The notes beneath the pieces are model-generated. The model made no database searches, was not told where the DNA came from, and worked only from the letters and a program-made list of their open reading frames with translations. A DNA stretch of 64,000 bases from an uncultured Clostridia bacterium. Lineage in GTDB: Bacteria > Bacillota > Clostridia > Oscillospirales > Acutalibacteraceae. Below are positions 46,723 to 55,412 of this stretch, piece after piece. Where the stretch lies: NCBI GenBank assembly GCA_937907605.1, contig CALCYI010000002.1, positions 48,852 to 112,851 of the forward strand. Reading direction: 5' to 3'. A program made the position numbers and the translations under genes. Positions within the stretch are counted from its first letter, which is position 1; the number at the start of each line of letters is the position of its first letter.

Positions 46723-49700
46723 ATGAATTCAAAGAAATATCGCATTTATGAGCTATCTGCAAGAGCCATAATTGCAAACTCAAAACTGAATTCCGAGGGG
46801 AGAACAATCTTCAATCTCAACTCTGCACAGACAGAAAAGTGCAGGGTTATTTCTGCTTCTCAAGAGCAGGAAAGCAACGCCCTGTTCTATCAGATTATGT
46901 GTGAGAAAAACGGAAACGGTTTTAGTGTTGGAGAGGAGAATGTTATCACCGAACTTGAAGATATAATCTTCTACTGCAACTTTGAAAACATATTTGACAG
47001 AGACGGCAGTTTAAAGAAATACGCTGACCTTCAGAGCAGAGCAAGAGATATGTTTCGTCCCGAAGGTATCACGCTTGACTTCGGCTCGAGTGCATTTCAA
47101 TTCGTTGCATTTGAACGTTCGGCAAGTATGAGCCGCAACGCAAAGCTATCTTTTATCCGCGCCGACTACTATGAGCCGATAAGGAAAAGAATAATGCTCG
47201 GTATGACAATCGATGATTGCCAGCTTTCAAAGCTTTACGCATATAACGGACTGCTGCTGTCCTCGGGAACGAGAATTGAAAACATAAATATTGAAAAGCC
47301 GCATCGGGTAATCGTAATTGATAATCAAAAATACACCGTTGATGCAACGAAAATTATTACAGTTGAAGACGACGGTACGAATGATTCCGTTCGTAAATAT
47401 ACAAGAAAAGAAACGAGAGGCGCAGTGGAGATAACAGGTTTTGACGGCGAAGGTCTTATCTCAAAAGAATACGCCGCCGTTATTGACAAAGCCTACTGCG
47501 GTGAACACTGTCATACCTCTTTTCAGATTCGTCTGCCGTATGTAAAAGGTATGTTGCACCAGGTTGATTTCAAAGACTTTCTTCACAGTGCAGGAACAAA
47601 GACGATAACGGACGTTTTCGGAACCGTTCACAAGGTTAAGGATGTGGATATTATTCTGACCAAAAGTATGTTCAAGGGCTACGGCTGGTTGCTTGATAAC
47701 GGTATGACGTGGGCTGACTACTGGAAGGCATTTTCTGAATACAATCACGCTTTGTATATCACGAACGTCAGCAAGGAACATCCCGAAGAATTTACGGAAC
47801 TGAACTATCAATTTCTGAATACGCTTTCGCTTACAAGAGATGAATTTCGTCCTGCCGATTTACCTGACGGTTGGACTTCTTCCCCTGCTGATAATGAGCG
47901 TAACTGGCTGACGAAGGAAACGGAAACTGCTTACTACAATCTCTGTGCTGATGAAGAATACCGTCTGAACTATTTTCTTAAATATCTGAAGAGACACAAC
48001 CGCAAAACGAAGAATTATCGATTAGCTACTATACTGAAAAGCAATCCGCTTTTTATCAACGAGCCCGTTTACACAAAAGAATTAGAGAACCATGCTGAAA
48101 ACATATTGAAAAAATATGCGCTTGGTAAGTTAATCGTTGCAGGCGATAACCGATTTCTTTCCGGTGATTTAATTGAGATTTTGAATTTGCTGCTTTCGCA
48201 CACCGGCAAAAAAGATAGCAGAGAGCGAAGGTTTTATTCAGTTGCCGTTTCCAATCGCTTTGCAAAGAATTCTTACTATGCGCCGCAGATTGCGTACAAA
48301 CACGGTGGCGAATGCACGCTTCTTCGTAATCCGCATATTGCAAGAAACGAGGAAATTCAGTTAGCCGTTTATCCGCAGGTAGAGCAGATGCGTAAGCATT
48401 ATCTCGGTCATCTTTCGGATATCGTTATCATTGACACACATATGCTCGCCGCAGAGCGACTCGGCGGAGCAGACTATGACGGCGATATGATTAAAACCAT
48501 ATCCGACCCGATTATCAATGCGGCGGTTAAGCGGAATTATGAACTTGACAGTCTTGACAATATGAACAACATTCCGCTTTTAAAAATCCCCGATGCCGAA
48601 CCGCTTATCCGTAATGCTGACGACTGGGAAGCGAGATTTGAAACGGTAAAGAGCACATTTTCTTCACGCGTCGGTCAGATATCAAATGCCGCGCTTGACC
48701 GAAGCATTATTGCTTACGATGAAAACTCCGATTCCGCTTTGCGTAAAAAGTGTCGTGAGGAAACGGAAACGCTCGCTATATTAACGGGTCTTGAAATTGA
48801 CTCTGCAAAAAGCGGAGTTAAGCCCGACCTTACCGAATATCTCGGCAGCGGAAGTATCTCACGCAGTATTTTCCTGACTCACAAAAATCTGGTTGAACAA
48901 TCTGAAACCCGTCGGGAATGGTATCAGGACACTCACCGAGACAAAATCAACAAATTCTTTTCTCAGACTGACTGGAACGCCGTCAGTTCAAACCTTGAAC
49001 TGCTCCCGTACTTTGCCCGTCAGCTGAAAAAACACACGCCGAAGATAAAGGCTCATCCTGCAAAGGACAGCGAGATGTTTGCTTTTGCGGTTAACGATAA
49101 CTGGAAAGATAATCTTGATGCGGATATTCTTTCTGCAGTCAGTGACTTAATTTTGGATTATGAGGCGGTACTCAACCGCATCCGCTTTTGCAAGGTTCCG
49201 ATTAAAAACAAGAACCGCAAAAGCGGTATTGACCGTATTCTTTATTCGAGAGGGCAAGAGAAAATATATAATTCTGATGAACTGTATGCGCTTTTCCAAC
49301 TACTTTCCCCTGAACGTATTTCTGCAATTCGAAATGCAATACGGGGTGAGCGTTGGCATCTGATGGGAGAAAAAGAAAGAGAAGATTTCCTGAACGGATA
49401 TCTTCCCGACGATGATTTTAAGGATTATTATTCTCTCCTTTGTGATTTTCGTTTCGGCGGTTACAAAGTGCTGTACGATTTGATTGCCGATATTGACGAC
49501 GAAAACGCCGCGCTTGATAACAAAAGGCTGATTCGTGATACAGATTCAGCGACATTTGCACAGATGATGCAGGCGTATATGGACAAGTCCGCCGCCGTTT
49601 CATACCGTGAAGCCGTATCTGTAAAATGCAGAGAGTTGCTTGACGGAATAGTTAAGCCAACCGTAGCCGTGCAGTACGTCGTTGCGCTCGGCAAACGGAA

Positions 49701-49758
49701 TCTTCTTTTTGATTTGCTGCTTGACAGCGTTGAAAAAACCGTTTTGAAAAAGGATTAA
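46723..49758 (+). CDS. Eukaryotic-type RdRP-like / two-barrel (double-psi beta-barrel) RNA polymerase homolog, 1011 aa
   Basis: Four ordered signature motifs: AFQFVAFERSASMSR (nt 47092-47136), FQIRLPYVKGM (47521-47553), LLRNPHIARNEE (RNPH at 48325-48336) and GGADYDGDMIKTISDP (DYDGD at 48472-48486). They parallel FLAFS.SQLR, FQIRygGyKGv, KNPcLHPGD and GGDLDGD of cellular RdRPs. Confidence 0.75.
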   Translation: MNSKKYRIYELSARAIIANSKLNSEGRTIFNLNSAQTEKCRVISASQEQESNALFYQIMCEKNGNGFSVGEENVITELEDIIFYCNFENIFDRDGSLKKYADLQSRARDMFRPEGITLDFGSSAFQFVAFERSASMSRNAKLSFIRADYYEPIRKRIMLGMTIDDCQLSKLYAYNGLLLSSGTRIENINIEKPHRVIVIDNQKYTVDATKIITVEDDGTNDSVRKYTRKETRGAVEITGFDGEGLISKEYAAVIDKAYCGEHCHTSFQIRLPYVKGMLHQVDFKDFLHSAGTKTITDVFGTVHKVKDVDIILTKSMFKGYGWLLDNGMTWADYWKAFSEYNHALYITNVSKEHPEEFTELNYQFLNTLSLTRDEFRPADLPDGWTSSPADNERNWLTKETETAYYNLCADEEYRLNYFLKYLKRHNRKTKNYRLATILKSNPLFINEPVYTKELENHAENILKKYALGKLIVAGDNRFLSGDLIEILNLLLSHTGKKDSRERRFYSVAVSNRFAKNSYYAPQIAYKHGGECTLLRNPHIARNEEIQLAVYPQVEQMRKHYLGHLSDIVIIDTHMLAAERLGGADYDGDMIKTISDPIINAAVKRNYELDSLDNMNNIPLLKIPDAEPLIRNADDWEARFETVKSTFSSRVGQISNAALDRSIIAYDENSDSALRKKCREETETLAILTGLEIDSAKSGVKPDLTEYLGSGSISRSIFLTHKNLVEQSETRREWYQDTHRDKINKFFSQTDWNAVSSNLELLPYFARQLKKHTPKIKAHPAKDSEMFAFAVNDNWKDNLDADILSAVSDLILDYEAVLNRIRFCKVPIKNKNRKSGIDRILYSRGQEKIYNSDELYALFQLLSPERISAIRNAIRGERWHLMGEKEREDFLNGYLPDDDFKDYYSLLCDFRFGGYKVLYDLIADIDDENAALDNKRLIRDTDSATFAQMMQAYMDKSAAVSYREAVSVKCRELLDGIVKPTVAVQYVVALGKRNLLFDLLLDSVEKTVLKKD

Positions 49759-49764
49759 CGTCAC

Positions 49765-49793
49765 TTGAAATTTTATTATTAATATGCTATAAT
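49765..49793 (+). promoter_or_regulatory. Near-consensus SigA promoter directly after the polymerase stop codon
   Basis: TTGAAA, 17 nt spacer, TATAAT with an extended TGc. Confidence 0.65.
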
Positions 49794-49795
49794 TG

Positions 49796-49990
49796 TGGCA
49801 GATTTAGAATTTAATTCTAATTTTGCCATATAATAATGGAGACGTTAGTGTGAAAAATCACACTAACCAATTATATTGCCCGCTCAGTTTGTCGCTACGC
49901 AACAACGAGCGATGGCTGTCATCACCATTAACGCCTGTTCAGGCAACACAGGATTTAGGTGATTTTTAATGAACTATTTGTTGCCTGAAA
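49796..49990 (+). other. Structured roughly 200-nt leader or small RNA
   Basis: Hairpins at 49796-49828 and 49844-49867 (9-bp perfect stem GTTAGTGTG/CACACTAAC). The local hairpin CCTGT/ACAGG (49934-49952) competes with a perfect 10-bp long-range pairing, TTCAGGCAAC (49938-49947) with GTTGCCTGAA (49980-49989), next to the ATPase RBS. Confidence 0.4.
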
Positions 49991-50006
49991 GGCTATGGTG
50001 ATTAAC

Positions 50007-51263
50007 ATGTATATTCCCCGTCATTTAGAAGAAAGGCTGTTAAAATCAAGCGAAACATATAAATCTGTTTTGGTAACAGGCGCAAGGCAGGTAGGTAAAT
50101 CTACACTGCTTAAACAAATATTTCCTGATAGGAAGTATGTTTCTCTTGACGACCCCTTTATAGAAGAACAAGCAAAAGAAAACGGAAGCATGTTTTTGAT
50201 GCTCAACCAACCTCCCGTTACGATTGACGAGGTACAAAGAGCACCCGAATTGTTTCGCTATATTAAAATCAAATGCGACGAAACAGATGATAAAGGACTG
50301 TTCTGCCTTTCAGGTTCACAGCAATTCAAATTAATGCAAAACGTTTCCGAAACGCTGTCTGGCAGAATTAATATAATTGAGCTTGCGGGATTATCGCTCA
50401 GAGAAATTCAGAGCGATTCTTTTAACAAACGATTTCTTCCCACTCTGGAATATATTACAGAAAGGCAGAAAACGGCAAAAGCCCCTGAAAACATCTGGGA
50501 AATTATTCACCGTGGCTCTTATCCCGCGTTACAGGACAAGAACCTCGACTGGGCGTCTTTTTATGCAGATTATGTTAAAACGTATATTGAAAGAGATGTA
50601 CGCGAACTGTCTGCCGTGCAGGACTTAGACGCTTTTCGCCGTTTTATGATTGCAACAGCAGCAAGAACGGGAGAGATTCTTAACTACAGCAGCATTGCAA
50701 GTGAAATCGGCAAAGACATCGGAACAGTTAAAAACTGGATTTCCATTCTTGAAGCCTCCGGCGTTATATATTTACTGGAACCCTACACGGCATCCGTTCT
50801 TAAACGCGCTATCAAATCGCCCAAGCTGTATTTCCGTGATACGGGACTGGCTTGTTACCTGACTCGCTGGCTGAGTGCAGAAGCGCTTGCATACGGTGCT
50901 ATGAGCGGTCATATTTTTGAGACCTTTGTTATATCAGAGCTCTTGAAATCTTTTTCAAATGCAGGACTTGATTACAGTTATTTTGTTTCCTATTATCGCG
51001 GAAGAGATAAAAAGAAAATAAAGCAGAACGGCGAAGAAATTGAACTGGAAAGCGAAATAGATTTTATCATTGAGGAAAACGGCGTTCTTTATCCAATTGA
51101 AATCAAGTCTGCTTCTAAGGTTACTGCAAGCGAAACGAGTGCGTTCACCGTGCTTGATAAAATAGAAAATAAAAAGCGTGGTGCGGGCGCTATTATTTGT
51201 ATGTGTCCTCAGCCCGGCAGTCTCAGGGAAAACGTGCTTCAGATTCCTGTTTGGTATATATAA
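50007..51263 (+). CDS. AAA-family ATPase of the AAA_14/DUF4143 type
   Basis: MYIPRHLE N-terminus and Walker A VTGARQVGKST, with a C-terminal restriction-endonuclease-like region typical of DUF4143. Start could also be 49995. Confidence 0.7.
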   Translation: MYIPRHLEERLLKSSETYKSVLVTGARQVGKSTLLKQIFPDRKYVSLDDPFIEEQAKENGSMFLMLNQPPVTIDEVQRAPELFRYIKIKCDETDDKGLFCLSGSQQFKLMQNVSETLSGRINIIELAGLSLREIQSDSFNKRFLPTLEYITERQKTAKAPENIWEIIHRGSYPALQDKNLDWASFYADYVKTYIERDVRELSAVQDLDAFRRFMIATAARTGEILNYSSIASEIGKDIGTVKNWISILEASGVIYLLEPYTASVLKRAIKSPKLYFRDTGLACYLTRWLSAEALAYGAMSGHIFETFVISELLKSFSNAGLDYSYFVSYYRGRDKKKIKQNGEEIELESEIDFIIEENGVLYPIEIKSASKVTASETSAFTVLDKIENKKRGAGAIICMCPQPGSLRENVLQIPVWYI

Positions 51264-51265
51264 TT

Positions 51266-52096
51266 ATGTTAAACGAAATTGAAGAATTCAAGGCATATAC
51301 CACGCCCGTTATCTATACGGCTGAAAGTAAAAGAGATACTTCTTATCTTGGCAGGTTTACCTTTGATGCCTTTATGGAATTCAGAGGACTCAGCCGTGTG
51401 CTGACGATTATTGCCCGAGGGTATATGTTTGAAACCGAAATGCCGGATACCGAGCGTGCAAGGCGTGCCTTGTGCGCCTGGTGCAGTATGCCTGAAATGA
51501 AAAAAGCCACTCCTAAAGAGGCGTGGCAGTTTACAACAGATTTCCGTTACCTTCACGGTGAGTTCCCCGAACTCGTTGATAACAATGGTAACGGGTGGTA
51601 CTTTCATCATATTAAAAATGTGTATAAATTTATTAAATGCTATCCAGACAAGGTAAGCAAGGTTGCCGTTAATAAAGCTGATTTGCTCGGCAGCAAGTAT
51701 GACAGAGAATGGCACAAAAAACTGTTGCAGTTTCAATATCCTATATTTACGCCACAGACAGAAAGCTGGGTAATGACTTTTGACAGTATCGTTGCAGATG
51801 CATTAGTGCTCGGTCCGCTGAAAGACAAGACAGTTAATCTTTCCGAAGAAACTCTGAAGAGAATTAACGAGTTTAATACAAGCGACGTGCCTGAAGAAAT
51901 TATCGTTCTTTTAGTACAATACTATCTTGCGAATAAGCCTGACGATTCAGACTGGGTGGTGCTACCGACGGCGAACTTTGATATGTATTTCGGCAACACC
52001 AATTTCAGCAAGAAGTGGCTGAAACAAATTCCCGACAGCATAATTATCCGCGACACTTTCAGTTTTGGCGTCGGAAGATACAAAGTCGTTATTTGA
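51266..52096 (+). CDS. Hypothetical protein (276 aa) coupled to the ATPase gene
   Basis: ATG lies 2 nt after the ATPase stop; no motif recognised. Confidence 0.5.
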   Translation: MLNEIEEFKAYTTPVIYTAESKRDTSYLGRFTFDAFMEFRGLSRVLTIIARGYMFETEMPDTERARRALCAWCSMPEMKKATPKEAWQFTTDFRYLHGEFPELVDNNGNGWYFHHIKNVYKFIKCYPDKVSKVAVNKADLLGSKYDREWHKKLLQFQYPIFTPQTESWVMTFDSIVADALVLGPLKDKTVNLSEETLKRINEFNTSDVPEEIIVLLVQYYLANKPDDSDWVVLPTANFDMYFGNTNFSKKWLKQIPDSIIIRDTFSFGVGRYKVVI

Positions 52097-52167
52097 AGAG
52101 GGGTTTGTTATTATTTCTCTAAAGATTTTATCCCAGGCGTTATAAAAGATTTTTATTTAGAAATATT

Positions 52168-52199
52168 AAAGAGTAGTTACCGAAAAGGTACTACTCTTT
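52168..52199. terminator. Bidirectional terminator between convergent modules
   Basis: AAAGAGTAGTTACC-GAAAA-GGTACTACTCTTT. Confidence 0.65.
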
Positions 52200-52218
52200 A
52201 ATGCTATCTACAGTATAT

Positions 52219-52881
52219 TTATTTGTTTTTCAGATATTCAGCTGAAACGGGAAAATCAAAATAGGTGTCAGGAAAAGGCTCATCCTTTAAGGTAAAATGC
52301 CACCATTCGCAGTCTATTGGTTCAAAGCCGTTTCGCACCATAATTTTTTGCAGGAACATACGGTTTTCGTACTGCTCGTCGGTAACGCCCTTGTAATCGG
52401 GATGCGAAACCTCGCTGAAAAAGTCAAACGGACTGCCCATATCAATTTCCTTGCCCGTTGCCATATCAAGCAGCGTTAAATCAACGGTGCTGCCTCTGCT
52501 ATGGCTTGACTGACTTGCGATATAGCCAAGCTCAAATAGCGCCGTTTTTTCAAGGTCGGGATAGAAAAAGGGTTTCGTTCTTAAATCCAAATCCTCAATA
52601 CCCCAAAGCACAAAATGCTTGACTGCTCTTGCAGGTCTGTACGCGTCAAATATTTTTAGTCGGTAACCTGCAACGTTTGCCTCGTTCGCAACAGCTTTCA
52701 GCGCTCTTGCCGCGTCTTTCGTGATAATCGCACAGGGCTCTTCATAACCGTCAACTCTGTCGCCGACAAAGTTATAGGTTGAAAAATAGCGGATTTCCTG
52801 CACGATGGAGGGAACGTAATCCGAAAGTAATACAAAGCGCGAGCAATCAAGCTCTGCTTCTCTTTTAAAATCAGTAGCCAT
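52219..52881 (-). CDS. D-alanyl-D-alanine dipeptidase (VanX/DdpX, M15D)
   Basis: SHSRGSTVDL (SxHxxGxAxD) and CEWWHF motifs. Confidence 0.8.
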   Translation of the reverse strand: MATDFKREAELDCSRFVLLSDYVPSIVQEIRYFSTYNFVGDRVDGYEEPCAIITKDAARALKAVANEANVAGYRLKIFDAYRPARAVKHFVLWGIEDLDLRTKPFFYPDLEKTALFELGYIASQSSHSRGSTVDLTLLDMATGKEIDMGSPFDFFSEVSHPDYKGVTDEQYENRMFLQKIMVRNGFEPIDCEWWHFTLKDEPFPDTYFDFPVSAEYLKNK

Positions 52882-52885
52882 AACG

Positions 52886-53689
52886 TTATTCCTTACTCAT
52901 AAATTGTAACAGGCGCTCTTTATAATCGGGAGCAGTATCAAAAGCGGCGTGACCGTAGCCGTTATACAGATAACTTTCAAAATCTTGATTATCCGAAAAC
53001 AAAATTTCAAGCTCTTCAGCAGCACCGGGCAGCACCTTATCGTCCGCTGCGCCGAGTGATAAAACGGGACATTTAATGTTGCGGAGTTCCTTTGATATAT
53101 CAAAATCTTTTGTGCCTTCGGCAAAAAGAATGAAACGTTCGAGTTCAGAGTCGGTAATGCTTTCGCCCGTCTTTTTCAGCACCTCTTTATACTGCTCAAA
53201 AAGAGCCTCGGGATAAAGGACCCTGCCCATTTCAAGGCTGAGATTAATTCCGTCTTTTTTCTTTGCCAGAGCAGTCCACTTTGATATTGCGTTAAACTGC
53301 TTTTCGGTAATACGTGCCGAAGAGGAGCCGAGCATCAGCTTTTTGACATGTTCGGAATAACGGGCAGCAATCGTCATAGCAATCATTCCGCCCTGCGACG
53401 CACCGAAAAGATAAATGTCCTTCAGTCCGAGAGTGCAAAATATCTTTGCCGTATTCTCAGCCATATCGTAAACGGAATACTGCTGCGGAAGCTCGTTTCT
53501 TCGGTCAAACACATAAGCAGTGAATTCCTCTGCGATAACGGCATAAGCCTTTTCAATCATATCCGCAGCGCCCATCACGCTCTGAACGCTCATCCCCGGA
53601 AGGATAATGAAAGTCTTTTCGCCCTTTCCGAAGGTAAAATAGTTCATAGTGAAATTATCGGCGCATGCCGTTTTAATCGAAATACTCAT
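52886..53689 (-). CDS. Alpha/beta hydrolase
   Basis: GASQGG nucleophile elbow (GxSxG); 267 aa. Confidence 0.65.
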   Translation of the reverse strand: MSISIKTACADNFTMNYFTFGKGEKTFIILPGMSVQSVMGAADMIEKAYAVIAEEFTAYVFDRRNELPQQYSVYDMAENTAKIFCTLGLKDIYLFGASQGGMIAMTIAARYSEHVKKLMLGSSSARITEKQFNAISKWTALAKKKDGINLSLEMGRVLYPEALFEQYKEVLKKTGESITDSELERFILFAEGTKDFDISKELRNIKCPVLSLGAADDKVLPGAAEELEILFSDNQDFESYLYNGYGHAAFDTAPDYKERLLQFMSKE

Positions 53690-53694
53690 ATTAA

Positions 53695-54831
53695 TCAGAA
53701 ATAAAGTTTATCTATTTTAGGCACGTTTTCGATTAAATAATCCTTGCAAAACGCAACAACTTGATCTCCAAAGCGCAAAGCGTCGTTGTGCCTTGATATC
53801 CATCTGAGCAGGCGCGCATAACAGATAGTTTCAACCATTCTTATGATGCTGTCAACCTTTTCCTGCTCCTCACCTTCAAAATAGTACTTAACCGTGTATT
53901 TCCAGAAATCTTCGCACTGCTCACGCTTAATTCCAAGAAAATTTGCGCTGTTTTCTTTATCAACGCAGCTGAATCCGACGTATGCTGCAAAGATAGCAGC
54001 GAATTCAAAAACGGGATGTCCCATAGAAAGCGTATCCATATCAATCAGCAGGTTTTCGCCGTTTTGCTGCATGATATTTTTGATATGATAATCGCCGTGG
54101 AGCATATTATTCGTTTCAGGAATATCCTTAAAAAGCGAGAGCAACTTTTCGCCGATTTCCTCGGGAAGATGAGGCTTAACATATTCAGCCCAGCCGATTG
54201 CCTCTTCACTTTTGCTCGGAAGTTCGCCGTCCTTTAGCATAGTTGAATGAATCGTTTTAAGAATGTCTACGCTCTCCTTTGCAAGTTCGTCAATGTCGCC
54301 GCCTTCGGCAATAAGTTTTGAAAAGGACTTGGCATTAAGCAGCTCGAAAACCGAGCCGTATAAATCACCAACCTGAACAACGTCGTAAGGAATAGCCGTT
54401 GGAATTCCCATAACAAAGGCTTTTCTTGCAAGCTCGCGCTCATTATGTATTTCGTCAAGCGAATCGGGGTTTTTATAAACCTTAACGATAGTGTCGGGGT
54501 CCGTACGGTAAACGATACCGTTTGCACCCTCTCCGATAACCTCGCATCCTTCAACGGAAAGCTTTCTGTACGCCTTTGAAATATCCATCATTTCCGTAAA
54601 GCCCGTCATATCAAAGATTTCATAAACCTCTGAATTACAGTTTACTACCTTTGTTTCGGCGTTTGCTTTTTTCAGGCGTAGAATAACGCGAAGTCCTGCG
54701 CTTGAAATATATTCAAGCCCGCTTGCATCAAGAATAAGCTCGCCGCTATAATCGCCTATCTGTTCATTGATTTTTGCTTCTGTTTCTGCCGCATTTGAAG
54801 AATCAATTCGTCCTGTTAAATTAATAGTCAT
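53695..54831 (-). CDS. STAS domain fused to an APH/choline-kinase-like phosphotransferase domain
   Basis: N-terminal LEYISSAGLRVILRL (SpoIIAA-like phospho-serine motif) and a C-terminal Brenner-type HGDYHIKNIM...LIDMD kinase motif. Confidence 0.6.
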   Translation of the reverse strand: MTINLTGRIDSSNAAETEAKINEQIGDYSGELILDASGLEYISSAGLRVILRLKKANAETKVVNCNSEVYEIFDMTGFTEMMDISKAYRKLSVEGCEVIGEGANGIVYRTDPDTIVKVYKNPDSLDEIHNERELARKAFVMGIPTAIPYDVVQVGDLYGSVFELLNAKSFSKLIAEGGDIDELAKESVDILKTIHSTMLKDGELPSKSEEAIGWAEYVKPHLPEEIGEKLLSLFKDIPETNNMLHGDYHIKNIMQQNGENLLIDMDTLSMGHPVFEFAAIFAAYVGFSCVDKENSANFLGIKREQCEDFWKYTVKYYFEGEEQEKVDSIIRMVETICYARLLRWISRHNDALRFGDQVVAFCKDYLIENVPKIDKLYF

Positions 54832-54835
54832 TAGT

Positions 54836-55399
54836 TTAGTCCTCCCCGTTGAAAACGTGAGTTACGAGCTTTTCATATTCCTTATATGCAGGATAGTCTG
54901 AAAGTTCTCTGATATATTCAAGTATCGTTGAATGATACCAGTATTGCTCTTTTGGATTCTTTTCGTTAAAACGGTCAAACACCGCTGCGCCGATTTTGTC
55001 AAAATCTCTTGCAAGTGAGCGCATATTGGAGAGCTTATCGCCGAGCCAAAGCATTTTGGTTTCAATGCCCGCGTCTTTCAACACGGCAAGGCTTTCTTCC
55101 TTGCGGATTTTCCACGACTGACTAGGCGGCATATCGGGACGTTTATCCTCCGTTTCGTGCGCTACGAGTTCTGCGACTCTTGGTCCGAAATTATCAAGAA
55201 TATCCTGCGCAGTAACAGGCGTATCCTCCACCGTATCGTGAAGCACGGCGGCAGCAAGAATCTCTAAGTCATTTGTCATCGTGCCGACAATCGTTGCATC
55301 CTCAAGCGGATGAAGAATATACACGCCGCCGTCCTTTCTCGTCTGTCCCTCGTGCGCTTTAAGCGCAAAGGCAACGGCTTTATCAAAAACATTGCTCAT
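54836..55399 (-). CDS. HD-domain protein, SpoT/Mesh1-like (p)ppGpp hydrolase type
   Basis: HPLEDATIV...AAVLHDTVEDT signature; 187 aa, with no synthetase domain. Confidence 0.65.
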   Translation of the reverse strand: MSNVFDKAVAFALKAHEGQTRKDGGVYILHPLEDATIVGTMTNDLEILAAAVLHDTVEDTPVTAQDILDNFGPRVAELVAHETEDKRPDMPPSQSWKIRKEESLAVLKDAGIETKMLWLGDKLSNMRSLARDFDKIGAAVFDRFNEKNPKEQYWYHSTILEYIRELSDYPAYKEYEKLVTHVFNGED

Positions 55400-55412
55400 A
55401 AAACTGTTTCCT

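Noticed and set aside
52195-52215. AATGCTAT shared between the sigK break point (43123-43130) and 52201-52208, considered as a possible attR that would make a 9-kb element.
   Set aside because: It is only an 8-nt match, which is expected by chance in 64 kb. The sequence after it does not continue sigK in any frame (it reads NAIYSIFICFSD...).
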